DNA of 64,000 nucleotides from a virus, in the IMG/VR virus record IMGVR_UViG_3300031551_000001, positions 17,886-81,885 of that record; one strand, 5' to 3'. Position 1 is the first letter of the stretch. Every line of letters begins with the position of its first letter. Under the pieces are notes generated by a model that was given only the letters and a program-made list of their open reading frames with translations, was not told the origin of the DNA and ran no database searches. A program made the translations under genes and the position numbers. This document shows, in pieces, positions 17,563-26,840 of the stretch.

Positions 17563-18063
17563 CGGATAACTTTTCAACAACTCTTTCTTTTTATTGTAAA
17601 ATATACTAAAATCAGTATTTGGCCACTCTTTTTTATAATTTTCTCTTCCTTTTTCTGTTCCCTGGTCAATAAGAGTGTGTTCAATCGGGACCAATTGCAT
17701 TATATTATCCGGGTTATATCTGAATAAGGGATATTGTTTTTTGGGAAGAATATGTGCAAACATATTCAGAAATAAATTGTGATTTACTTTAGTTAAATCT
17801 CTTCCACTTATTTCAGATCTGTGAGGACGATTTTTCCATATCCACCTAAACATATTCAGCTCAGATTTGAATCCCCACTGAAACACATCAAAGTCATATT
17901 TATTTTTTGACAAGCATTTGTTTCTTTCTTTGATGGATTTCTTCTTTATTGTTCGTACAATATCACTTCTCAGGAATTGATGTATTTTACAATATCCTTT
18001 CCCTGTATTTTTATCTGTTCCGAAAACGTTGTAATTACAATTCTGGGCACTACAAATTCTCAT
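17512..18063 (-). CDS. HNH-like nuclease with N-terminal Cys/His motif; C-terminus replaced by IS sequence
   Basis: CSAQNC...CKIH and AHILPKKQYP..R...DNI..L...EH motifs. Start refined to 18063. Confidence 0.65.
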   Translation of the reverse strand: MRICSAQNCNYNVFGTDKNTGKGYCKIHQFLRSDIVRTIKKKSIKERNKCLSKNKYDFDVFQWGFKSELNMFRWIWKNRPHRSEISGRDLTKVNHNLFLNMFAHILPKKQYPLFRYNPDNIMQLVPIEHTLIDQGTEKGRENYKKEWPNTDFSIFYNKKKELLKSYPVNYPPTQSDGVGFKSE

Positions 18064-18340
18064 TTTCTTTTTTCTTCTGATGTCTAACCCTGTATTCTTT
18101 ACGCTTGTAGGCATCAGCACCACTAAGCAAATAGTTGTTAATATCGGAAATTGTATCCATAAATCTTTTCTTATGCCTGTTTTTTTTATATGAATTTGTT
18201 TTTTTTACCGAACACCTCTCCAAATGAGTTCCCTTGTCTATTCCTTGTAAATAGATTGTTTTGTAAATTTCCAACCTACTTTCTCTTGACAGGGGTTGAA
18301 GCAAAAATGATTTATCTATTTCTTCAAAATCTATAATCAT
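18050..18340 (-). CDS. Hypothetical protein
   Basis: 96-aa ORF next to the divergent promoter region. Confidence 0.55.
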   Translation of the reverse strand: MIIDFEEIDKSFLLQPLSRESRLEIYKTIYLQGIDKGTHLERCSVKKTNSYKKNRHKKRFMDTISDINNYLLSGADAYKRKEYRVRHQKKKENENL

Positions 18341-18396
18341 GGTATAAAGATAAAAAAAATAATTGAGAAAAAATTGTTTTTTATTAAAAATTTACA

Positions 18397-18404
18397 TAAG
18401 TTTG
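18397..18404 (+). promoter_or_regulatory. Bacteroidota -7 promoter element
   Basis: TAAGTTTG in the AT-rich divergent intergenic region. Confidence 0.55.
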
Positions 18405-18647
18405 TCAAGAAAATTTGTGGTGTTTAATATATAAATAATTAAAGTATTGGAAGCTAACGAATTAAAGGAAGAATCGCAGAAATTTATTATTTATCTGTAT
18501 AAGCACTTCATAAAAATACGAAATATTATTGAAAATATACGTAATCGTAAAGATATGATAGATGCGGATGACTGTGATGTGATTGAGCCATTACACGAAC
18601 ACTTCCTAGAAGAAAGGCGCATGGCTGATGACTAACGGAAGCTGAAA

Positions 18648-18672
18648 CTCCCCTTCGGGGGAGCTTCTTTTT
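18648..18672 (+). terminator. Rho-independent terminator
   Basis: CTCCCC-TTCG-GGGGAG followed by CTTCTTTTT. Confidence 0.7.
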
Positions 18673-18795
18673 AAAATTAAAGAGATGGAGAGAGAAAATA
18701 TTCTTAAAAGTGATGAATACTGGGATGAAAAGATTGAATTGGATTTTTATGGTTTTATGGGGAAAGAACTAAAAAAATAATTAAAATCTGATATA

Positions 18796-19185
18796 TTGAA
18801 AATGAAAAATGAACTCATTAAAATATTAGAAAAAAAAATGGAAGCACCAATGACTTATTTTATGAAAAAAGTTTTAGCTAACCCTATCGCAAAAAATATT
18901 TTTTTTAAAAAAATACAGAGTGATGAGAAAAATTTAACGATATCAAAGAATAATAATCAAATGAAGGTATTTGCTTTTTTATATAATGATTGTATTTACG
19001 AGAGCGCAGAAGCAACAGTCAGCTTGCATTTAACAAGAAAAGGGGCGCAGTCAGCACTTCGCAAACATAAAGCAAAAAAGAAAAAAGAATGGAAAGAAAT
19101 TTATTCAGGTGATTTTGAAGCAACATCACCATTCGGAACTCATGAATGGTGGGGTGTATGTGAAATGGAAATATTAAATCCTTAA
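18796..19185 (+). CDS. Hypothetical protein (apparent fusion of short modules)
   Basis: Contains a MEAP module paralogous to 59291-59419, then MKVFAFLYNDCIYES. Confidence 0.6.
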   Translation: MKMKNELIKILEKKMEAPMTYFMKKVLANPIAKNIFFKKIQSDEKNLTISKNNNQMKVFAFLYNDCIYESAEATVSLHLTRKGAQSALRKHKAKKKKEWKEIYSGDFEATSPFGTHEWWGVCEMEILNP

Positions 19186-19189
19186 AATT

Positions 19190-19402
19190 ATGGAAAGATT
19201 TATTGTTAAATATTGCAATGGAAAAATAAGACAACAAAAAGGAATTAATGCAACTTATCAATATCTTATTGGTATAGGCGTTATAGCCTATGTAATAGAT
19301 ACGAAAACAGGTGAGATTATGTATGGTGATAAAGACGAAGCCTTACATACTGAAAAAATTTCGATTTATGAAGATTCGGATATGATAGTACCTAAAATTT
19401 AA
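19190..19402 (+). CDS. Hypothetical protein
   Basis: ORF in the operon. Confidence 0.6.
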   Translation: MERFIVKYCNGKIRQQKGINATYQYLIGIGVIAYVIDTKTGEIMYGDKDEALHTEKISIYEDSDMIVPKI

Positions 19403-19406
19403 TGAC

Positions 19407-19808
19407 ATGAAAGAATATAAATATAATCCAACACGCTTTATTAGATTCATAAACAAATTCACAAAAGATTTCGTTGACATTCCTTTTGTCGGGGGGACTT
19501 TCACTACAGATAGAAGAAGGATGGCAAAATTAGCACATTATTATGCTGGGTGGAATATATTCAGTAATAAAAAAGAAAAACCTAAATTTCATTTTTATGT
19601 TTTATGGAATAAAGGAGATGAGGATGTTACCATTGGAGGAATATATTTTGGTAAACCATTAAGAGATGGATCAAATATATTGACTTATGGTGTGAATTTA
19701 GATACGAATGAAATTATAACAGACGATGTATTTAACAATGGATTAAAAAAAATAGGCATTATTTATGATGATTTTTTCAAATTACTTGAAATAAAAAATA
19801 TGGCATAA
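19407..19808 (+). CDS. Hypothetical protein
   Basis: ORF coupled to the exonuclease (TAATG). Confidence 0.65.
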   Translation: MKEYKYNPTRFIRFINKFTKDFVDIPFVGGTFTTDRRRMAKLAHYYAGWNIFSNKKEKPKFHFYVLWNKGDEDVTIGGIYFGKPLRDGSNILTYGVNLDTNEIITDDVFNNGLKKIGIIYDDFFKLLEIKNMA

Positions 19809-20518
19809 TGGACAGAGAACTTTTTATTGACATTGAAACCATCCCTGCCGGGGAATATCCGAAAATTGAACTACCCCCCAGACCCAAGTTATGGGACGTA
19901 AAGGTTGGCAACCGAAAAGCTGCACTTGCAGAACAATATAGGAAACAACAATATCCGGTTCTCATCCAAAAATGGAATGAACTCAAAGAACAAATTGCCA
20001 TAAAGGTTGACGAGGGATATAGAAAACAAGCCCTCGACTCTCATTTTAACAGGATAGTATGTATAGGATATGCATTTGATGATGATAAGCCGGATGCATT
20101 AACCGGAACGGAGGAAGAGATCATTAAATCTTTTCAGGAATTAATAGACAAGAAAGAAAGTAAAAAATATTCTGTTGATATTATTGGACACAACATTCAG
20201 GAATTTGATCTTCTAAACATCTACCACAAAGCGATAAAGTATAACCTTTCCTCCCTGACCAGATTTTTAAGGGGATTTACAGATTATCAGGGTAAAGAAC
20301 ACATAAAAGATGTAATGAAGATTTGGGGTTTTTTGAATTACAAGTATTATGTTGCACAGAACGTCATAGCAGAATATCTTGGGGTTCCTTACAGTAAGGA
20401 TATGGATGGATCAAGGGTTTTGGATGCATGGAATGACGGGAAGTATCAGGAAATTTATGATTATTGTAAAAAAGATATAGAAACTGTAAGAGGAAATTAT
20501 CGTAAAATTAATATTTAA
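19808..20518 (+). CDS. DnaQ/PolB-type 3'-5' exonuclease
   Basis: ExoI FIDIET, ExoII GHNIQEFD, ExoIII YCKKD. Confidence 0.88.
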   Translation: MDRELFIDIETIPAGEYPKIELPPRPKLWDVKVGNRKAALAEQYRKQQYPVLIQKWNELKEQIAIKVDEGYRKQALDSHFNRIVCIGYAFDDDKPDALTGTEEEIIKSFQELIDKKESKKYSVDIIGHNIQEFDLLNIYHKAIKYNLSSLTRFLRGFTDYQGKEHIKDVMKIWGFLNYKYYVAQNVIAEYLGVPYSKDMDGSRVLDAWNDGKYQEIYDYCKKDIETVRGNYRKINI

Positions 20519-20522
20519 AGAC

Positions 20523-20765
20523 ATGAATGGAATAAAATTTTTTTCTGATAAAATTGATGAATTAAGAAGAAGGGGTGATTATTGTAAATATCAATTTATA
20601 GAATTACCAAAAGATAAGTATAGAAAAATTGAGTTATTTGTAGAGTCTAATATGTTGAATCATGATTTAAAGGAGGGGTTAGAAACAAATTTATTATTAA
20701 AAGAGCTTGGTGTCATACTTAAGTGTAAATATAATGGGTTTATTTTCTTGATAAAATTAATTTAG
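20523..20765 (+). CDS. Hypothetical protein
   Basis: ORF in the operon. Confidence 0.55.
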   Translation: MNGIKFFSDKIDELRRRGDYCKYQFIELPKDKYRKIELFVESNMLNHDLKEGLETNLLLKELGVILKCKYNGFIFLIKLI

Positions 20766-21100
20766 TGAATTCACGTAACAAAGGACATACATACGAAAGA
20801 CAAATACGAAAAGAACTTCGTAAATATTATTATACAGATTGTGAAACATCAAGGTATTCATCAAGATATACTGATGATATCGAGCATCGCGATTTCACAA
20901 AAACAGGATTTCTTGGGATACAGGCGAAGGCTCTTGAGCGCACACCGCCATATCATGACATTCTATCTGAAATGCCAGATGATGATAAATACAATGTAAT
21001 TTTCCATAAAAGAAATTACAAAGGAGAAGTCGTGGTAATGAAAAAAGAAGATTTTTATGAGTTACTCGACATAATGTTAGCACATGGAGTAAAAATTTAA
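20765..21100 (+). CDS. Holliday junction resolvase-like PD-(D/E)xK nuclease
   Basis: NSRNKG..YER, D and IQAK motifs. Confidence 0.75.
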   Translation: MNSRNKGHTYERQIRKELRKYYYTDCETSRYSSRYTDDIEHRDFTKTGFLGIQAKALERTPPYHDILSEMPDDDKYNVIFHKRNYKGEVVVMKKEDFYELLDIMLAHGVKI

Positions 21101-21102
21101 TT

Positions 21103-21393
21103 ATGAGCGCAGATAATGGAATATATATTGCAAAGTTCCCGGATGGTTATAGGATAACCTGCGCACAGGCTATTGAAAATGTAGATTATTTTCCAGAAGG
21201 TTCAAAGAAAAGGAAAAAAGAACTTAAATCATATTTTGGCGAAAGTGAAATTTATAAAACAGAGCAAGACGCTTTTAATGCTGCTCTTGAATTGTCTGCA
21301 AAGATGGAGGAAGATGAAGAGGAAAATGGTATGGGATTTTTTGTATTAGAATATGGAATTTGTTATATTGGAGAATATGAGTTGTTTTTATAA
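21103..21393 (+). CDS. Hypothetical phage protein
   Basis: MSADNGIYI...EYGI. Confidence 0.7.
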   Translation: MSADNGIYIAKFPDGYRITCAQAIENVDYFPEGSKKRKKELKSYFGESEIYKTEQDAFNAALELSAKMEEDEEENGMGFFVLEYGICYIGEYELFL

Positions 21394-21395
21394 AT

Positions 21396-21893
21396 ATGGG
21401 TACATTTGTAGCGTATAAAGGAGAGCGAGAATCATATTTAGGATGTTGTGTATCTTATATGGATGATGGTCTTTCGCTTGAAATAGAAAACGTACCCATC
21501 ATTCGCATAAAAGATAAATTACTCATTGGCATTATAAATTCGCAACTATTCCACCAATATCTCCTTGTTGATGCCTTAAACTTTCCCCAATATACTTTCC
21601 AATCAATACTTGAATCCTTAAGGACAATACCGGAAGAAAAAGAATTTGAAAATATAGAACTTCTTATTGTAACAATAGACGGGAATTTTTTACATTGGAA
21701 AGGCGGGGTTCTTTACCATGTAAAAAACAACTGGATTGCAATAGGGGACGGAAAAGATTATATAATGGGCGCATTATTCGGGATGAAAAGCATGAGTATT
21801 CCAGACAAATCCAAGCTGGAAATAGCTTTAGACAGTGTAAGGGAGTACAGTAAATATACATCCAAAACAATAAAAATAGAGTCGATTGGATAA
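21396..21893 (+). CDS. Divergent HslV/proteasome-like Ntn-fold protein
   Basis: WIAIGDGKDYIMGAL resembles the AIGSG..YA.GAL motif; similar length to 12778-13314. Confidence 0.55.
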   Translation: MGTFVAYKGERESYLGCCVSYMDDGLSLEIENVPIIRIKDKLLIGIINSQLFHQYLLVDALNFPQYTFQSILESLRTIPEEKEFENIELLIVTIDGNFLHWKGGVLYHVKNNWIAIGDGKDYIMGALFGMKSMSIPDKSKLEIALDSVREYSKYTSKTIKIESIG

Positions 21894-22749
21894 AGACAGA
21901 ATAATACAAGCCAGAAATAGCGACATTACCTCTTATTTGGCAACCAAAGGGCTAAAACCAAAAAGTAAAGGATCGTATTGGATGTATATATCTCCACTAC
22001 CAAACAGACCATCAAGAGACACAACAGCTTCTCTTGCGGTAAGCAGAAAATTAAATAAATGGAAGGACTTCGGGAACGATGATAATAAATGGAGAGACGT
22101 TATAGATTTGGTAAGAGAGATTGAGGGTTGCGAATTTGGCAGGGCATTAGATATTCTTCTTGGAGAACAGAAAAGTAATGTTCGTATTTTTACGAAAGAC
22201 ACTGCTCCTGACAAGGAAAATATACTTATTGTAGAAAGAGGGGAAGTCAAGGATGATGATCTAATAAAATATATTGAAAAAAGATGTGTTGATGTGGAAA
22301 TTGCAAAGAAATATTGTAAGCAGATTCATGTACAATTTCCAAACTCTAAGAATGGTAAAACTTATAGATTGATCGGTTTCAAGAATAATCTTGGAGGATA
22401 TGAATTGAGAAATGGATTTTTTAAGATAAGCACACGCCCTAAGTGGTTCACGTTGATCGGAGATTATGGTGATAGGTATGTATTCGAGGGATTTTTTGAT
22501 TTTTTATCATATCTTACAATTAATAAGACGAACACTCCTTTTGGTGTTGCTATTATTCTAAACACCCTAACCATGTTTCCTAATGTTTATAAGTATCTGT
22601 CCACCGAAGGGAAAAATAATTTATATTTAGATAATGATGAAGCAGCGGACAGGGCAATAAAAAAGCTTGATGATGTAGGGATTAAGTATATAGATCACAG
22701 AAATAAATATGCTCAGCATAACGATATAAACGAATACTTGAAATCATGA
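21886..22749 (+). CDS. DNA primase (Toprim)
   Basis: SPL...TAS..V...WKDFG N-terminal domain; GYELRN, FEGFFDFLS, YLDNDEA and DINEYL motifs. Confidence 0.9.
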   Translation: MDKDRIIQARNSDITSYLATKGLKPKSKGSYWMYISPLPNRPSRDTTASLAVSRKLNKWKDFGNDDNKWRDVIDLVREIEGCEFGRALDILLGEQKSNVRIFTKDTAPDKENILIVERGEVKDDDLIKYIEKRCVDVEIAKKYCKQIHVQFPNSKNGKTYRLIGFKNNLGGYELRNGFFKISTRPKWFTLIGDYGDRYVFEGFFDFLSYLTINKTNTPFGVAIILNTLTMFPNVYKYLSTEGKNNLYLDNDEAADRAIKKLDDVGIKYIDHRNKYAQHNDINEYLKS

Positions 22750-23012
22750 GAAGAACGCTTGTTGTTGATATGAATTTTCCTGATATTATTTTTACATTAT
22801 TGGTTGGGGAAGATAACAGGGTGTTCCACGTGGAACCAAAATTTGATGAACTGCTTCATGCGGATATTTTTCATATTTATGACCAGCACAAAGACGAAGC
22901 CACATTCTCTGAGTCCATCATCTCATTTGATGAGAAAGAAGGTTTAAAGAAAATGACAGAGAAGAATGCTGAATTAAATAAACTTATTGATGAATTTGCT
23001 TTGGAATTATGA
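22746..23012 (+). CDS. Hypothetical protein
   Basis: Coupled ORF. Confidence 0.6.
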   Translation: MRRTLVVDMNFPDIIFTLLVGEDNRVFHVEPKFDELLHADIFHIYDQHKDEATFSESIISFDEKEGLKKMTEKNAELNKLIDEFALEL

Positions 23013-23770
23013 AAGGGTTTAGTAAGAAAGGAAAGAAAAATGAGTTTGAGTTGCTAACACCAATTCGAATAAATTTAGATAAATTTAAGATTGGTCCTAA
23101 AACTAATAAAGTTTTAATAGAGGTATTTCCTGAAGATGTAAGAAAAACTGTTGGGGGAATTATAACTTATGGATTAGAATCATATAACTGGGCTGGTTTT
23201 GCTACAAGGAGAGGGATTGTTATTCAGGCATGTTCTAATATAACCATAGCTGAAGACGATAGAAGCTCTCAAATTTGGGAGTGTGATGTAGAGGTTGGGG
23301 AGGGAGATACTGTATATGTAAATCATTTTGATGCATGGAACAGCTATATTTTTACAGATGATAATAAACGAATAATGAGACTTGTTCCTTACAATGCCAT
23401 ACAGTTGGCAATACGTGGTAACGAGGTAATTATGTGTAACGGCTACGTACTTTATGAGCAGATAGAAGAAAATGACACGTTTATTATTGCCGGGAAAGAA
23501 GTAAAGCGGGTTGGTAAAAAATATATAGAAAATGAAGGGGTGGTAAAGTATGCGGGAAGTTTAAATCGAAAATATCGAATACCTGGTGATAAAAAAGATT
23601 TAAAACGTACAGATTATGGTACGGAGGAATTAAAAACGGGAGACAGGTTTTTAATTGAAGATCCACGAAAAACATGGGATTTGGAATCTTATGCGTTTGC
23701 AATATTTGACAATAGAAAAATGTACAAAATCGTTCAGAGGTGGAACATATCGGCGATCTACCCAAGCTAG
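23009..23770 (+). CDS. GroES-like co-chaperonin, tandem domains
   Basis: P..NKVLIE...KTVGGII...GIV...V.EGD.V followed by a second VL.E...GVV...LKTGD.F unit; lies before the terminase as in crAss-like phages. Confidence 0.65.
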   Translation: MKGFSKKGKKNEFELLTPIRINLDKFKIGPKTNKVLIEVFPEDVRKTVGGIITYGLESYNWAGFATRRGIVIQACSNITIAEDDRSSQIWECDVEVGEGDTVYVNHFDAWNSYIFTDDNKRIMRLVPYNAIQLAIRGNEVIMCNGYVLYEQIEENDTFIIAGKEVKRVGKKYIENEGVVKYAGSLNRKYRIPGDKKDLKRTDYGTEELKTGDRFLIEDPRKTWDLESYAFAIFDNRKMYKIVQRWNISAIYPS

Positions 23771-23793
23771 TAGTTCTTTTAGTTTTCGTTTTG

Positions 23794-23820
23794 AGCAGAG
23801 GCATGTCCTCTGCTTTTTTT
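23794..23820 (+). terminator. Rho-independent terminator
   Basis: AGCAGAGG-CATGT-CCTCTGCT plus T tract. Confidence 0.8.
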
Positions 23821-23827
23821 ATCTTTG
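23820..23827 (+). promoter_or_regulatory. Bacteroidota -7 promoter element upstream of the terminase genes
   Basis: TATCTTTG, 16 nt before ATG 23844. Confidence 0.65.
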
Positions 23828-23843
23828 CGAAAACTAACGGATT

Positions 23844-24521
23844 ATGGAAGCAGCAAAATTTACCGCAGATGATTTTCGTGATCAGAGATTTAATGTTTTA
23901 GCCAATACAGGCAAATCGGTATTACAATCATTTCCTGAACTTAAAAAATATAAAGAATTTTCTATTAAGAGGTCAGATGTGGGCGTAGACCCGGATAAAT
24001 TAATGAAGTATGCTTTTCTTATGTATTCAGAGAACATACTTTTCAAAACCATCCCAGACTTGCTCAGGAGAAAAAAACAAGCAGCCCTTCTTGCAGGCTT
24101 CGAAATACTCGCCAAAGGAAAGAAATTCCCAAAAAATGTAGAAGAGATATTTTATTGCAGACCACAACCAACATCACTTCTTTTTGTCAGGGTAATTCTA
24201 CTTAACAGAAGCCCAATGTTTGAACAGTATTGTGTGTATGAACAGGCAAGAGCAATAGAAATGGAAAAACTTCTTCGTTCTGATGTTGGCGTGAAGGAGG
24301 TGGGAGAAATCAGAAAAAATATAGAGTCTTTTACAGACGACATGTCAAAACTTAGAGAAAGGTTGTTTTTAGGAGATGATAGCTCTTCTTTGTTAGATGG
24401 CTTATATTACGAACTTGATAATTTTCAATTAGGCATAAGGCCGGAGGAAATAGCTGAAGCTAAATTAAAAGGAACTTTAAAACAAACATTACCAGACCCA
24501 TACAACTTGAATAATGGATAA
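23844..24521 (+). CDS. Probable terminase small subunit
   Basis: Helical 225-aa protein overlapping the TerL start; positional inference only. Confidence 0.5.
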   Translation: MEAAKFTADDFRDQRFNVLANTGKSVLQSFPELKKYKEFSIKRSDVGVDPDKLMKYAFLMYSENILFKTIPDLLRRKKQAALLAGFEILAKGKKFPKNVEEIFYCRPQPTSLLFVRVILLNRSPMFEQYCVYEQARAIEMEKLLRSDVGVKEVGEIRKNIESFTDDMSKLRERLFLGDDSSSLLDGLYYELDNFQLGIRPEEIAEAKLKGTLKQTLPDPYNLNNG

Positions 24522-26808
24522 AGCGGAGGCAATAAGGCATAATAGGGGGAAGGTTGATAAGTGGATTCTTGATGGATATTCAAACGCGGATAAATTTATT
24601 TATTATAATGTTGATGATCCTGATTTACAAAAATTCAAGATAGCATTACCGGAACCGCCAGATTGGAAACTAATAGATAATTATGGTCTACCGGCAAAAG
24701 ACCAATATTTCCAATACGAGACATACCCTGAAAAGCTGAAGTATGCAGAACGTTCCGTTAGAGAAATGATGAAAAGAAACAGGAGGAAAAATGAATCCCC
24801 ATTTCTTTTTGAAAGGAAGATTTATGATGCTTTATGGAAAGAAATAGAAGATAAACCAGATGAGTATATTTCTGAAATTGATTGGATTAGAAGACAGTGG
24901 TATTTTAGGGAATTTGGAAAATGGGTGTTTATTCATGGCAGGCCAACATTTTTAGACGGGTGGCATTTTTTTTATTTGAATTATTGGCGTTTAGAACAGT
25001 TAAAAACAAACGAAGGGAAACCCACATATTGGGAAAGGGATAGGAAATGGTTTCATGCTGTTAGATATTGTTATACAACTACATTAAGCCCGGAGTATAA
25101 TTCAGACGGAAGTTTAATATTATATCCAGATGGCACACCTAAGATGAAGGATATGGGTGCAAGAACTGTTTATGGCCCAAATTTTTTAAAAGGCAGAAGG
25201 GTTGGAGATAGTAGCAAGGGAGAGGATGTAGACGCATGCGAAGTCACAAGTAATTTTGAATTTTATAATGGAATTCAGGGGAATAAAGAAAGTACAGCAA
25301 GTGGAATATATGAAGAAAAGTTTTTACTGGGATTTAAGAAAATGCCATTTTTCTTTAGGCCAATGATGGCCAGCTTTAATTTGGTTAGTGAGGCAAGGTT
25401 CACATCCCCTGATTTTATTGGCGGTTTAAATAGTAAAACAGATTATGCTACTACAGCAAAGAGACATTATTATGATTCAAAGAAAATTAATATATTAAAT
25501 GTTGATGAACTTGGGAAAACAGAAGGGGAGAGTGTAGACCAGAGACATGATGTACATAAGCGATGCGTTGCTCTCGGTGGAGAAATAGAGGGATTAATTC
25601 TGTGCAAGAGTACTGTGGATGAAATGGAACTGGTATCTGCGAAGGAATTTCAAAAACTTACACGAGCATCTCACTTCCAAGATAGAATGACTAATGGCCA
25701 GACAAGATCTGGTTTAATAAACTTTTATTTTCCTATCTGGGAATCTTATCAGGGTTTTATAGGTCCTTACGGTGAACCCATCATTGACAGCCCTAAAGAT
25801 TATCAAATTCCTTATATGTCCAGAATTATTAAAAATAAGGAAGAGAAGATAATGGGTTGTAGGGAATATCTTGAAAAAGAGGAGGCAGACATAAGGGCTA
25901 GTGGTGACTTGGTGAGACTTGCGGGCTGGAAGAGGATGACGCCTAAAAGTTTTAGGGATTGTTTTGCTAATACGGGAAGAAACCAGATTTTTAATTCTGA
26001 TCTTTTAAACGCAAGGCTTAATTATCTTGAATTTGAAGCTGATGATAAGATAAGACCAGGAGACATTGTTCCTGTTTCCGGTTTTGGTGGTCCTGTTAAA
26101 TTTGTAGATAATCCTAATGGAAGATTTAAAATAAGCTGGCTTCCTTCTGAAGAGCGACAAAGCTTGATTATAGAAGATCAGGGTATAAAAAGACCAGTTT
26201 ATAAAACTTCCTTCATAGCATCCGCAGATGCTTATAGGTTAGAAAAAACAGATGGATATAGGGTTTCTGATGGGGGCGGTGCGGTGTATTATAAACATGA
26301 TCCGAACAGAGACCCATCAACAAAACCAGTATCAGAATATGAAACAGCCCGTTTTGTTTGCACATACGTTTATAGACCCCCAACAAGAGATGAATATGCC
26401 AGAGACATGCTTAATATGTGCATTTTATATGGGTCCATGATGTACCCTGAAATGAATGTTTCAATTGTAGCAGATAAGTTTATCGAATGGGGCTTTTCCG
26501 GTTATCTTTTGTATGATGTTGATATAGCTACCGGGAAAATAAAGAACAATCCTGGGTGGACTACCGCAGGCCCAACCGTTAAGGCAAAAATTTTTAATAT
26601 TATGAGAGACTGGGTGAATCTTCATTCTACACGTTGCGAACATCCTGAAGTTATCAGAGAGCTTCTGGATATTGAAGGCCCGGATGATATGAAAAACAGG
26701 GATTTATTTGTTGCTATGGCTGGTTGTTTAATGGGGCAGGAAAGCATGTATGTTGATATTATGAGAACGTTTGAGGATGAAAAAATAGATGTGACAAAGT
26801 GGATATAA
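24514..26808 (+). CDS. terL: Terminase large subunit (crAss-like)
   Basis: G.HFFYLNY, KGRRVGDS (Walker A variant), NVDELGK (Walker B), nuclease region SADAY...YVYRP...EMN...D. Confidence 0.9.
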   Translation: MDKAEAIRHNRGKVDKWILDGYSNADKFIYYNVDDPDLQKFKIALPEPPDWKLIDNYGLPAKDQYFQYETYPEKLKYAERSVREMMKRNRRKNESPFLFERKIYDALWKEIEDKPDEYISEIDWIRRQWYFREFGKWVFIHGRPTFLDGWHFFYLNYWRLEQLKTNEGKPTYWERDRKWFHAVRYCYTTTLSPEYNSDGSLILYPDGTPKMKDMGARTVYGPNFLKGRRVGDSSKGEDVDACEVTSNFEFYNGIQGNKESTASGIYEEKFLLGFKKMPFFFRPMMASFNLVSEARFTSPDFIGGLNSKTDYATTAKRHYYDSKKINILNVDELGKTEGESVDQRHDVHKRCVALGGEIEGLILCKSTVDEMELVSAKEFQKLTRASHFQDRMTNGQTRSGLINFYFPIWESYQGFIGPYGEPIIDSPKDYQIPYMSRIIKNKEEKIMGCREYLEKEEADIRASGDLVRLAGWKRMTPKSFRDCFANTGRNQIFNSDLLNARLNYLEFEADDKIRPGDIVPVSGFGGPVKFVDNPNGRFKISWLPSEERQSLIIEDQGIKRPVYKTSFIASADAYRLEKTDGYRVSDGGGAVYYKHDPNRDPSTKPVSEYETARFVCTYVYRPPTRDEYARDMLNMCILYGSMMYPEMNVSIVADKFIEWGFSGYLLYDVDIATGKIKNNPGWTTAGPTVKAKIFNIMRDWVNLHSTRCEHPEVIRELLDIEGPDDMKNRDLFVAMAGCLMGQESMYVDIMRTFEDEKIDVTKWI

Positions 26809-26817
26809 AATTATCCG

Positions 26818-26825
26818 TAAATTTG
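26818..26825 (+). promoter_or_regulatory. Bacteroidota -7 promoter element
   Basis: TAAATTTG upstream of the portal gene. Confidence 0.55.
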
Positions 26826-26840
26826 TAAAAATTTTAAAAC

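Noticed and set aside
16322-17565. CGG at both ends suggesting an IS607-type or duplicated target
   Set aside because: Subterminal hairpins and guide rules fit IS200/IS605 ends at 16314 and 17562; no serine recombinase is present.
24514-26808. Intein or intron in the long terminase gene
   Set aside because: Length is normal for crAss-like TerL; no intein or homing-endonuclease motifs seen.
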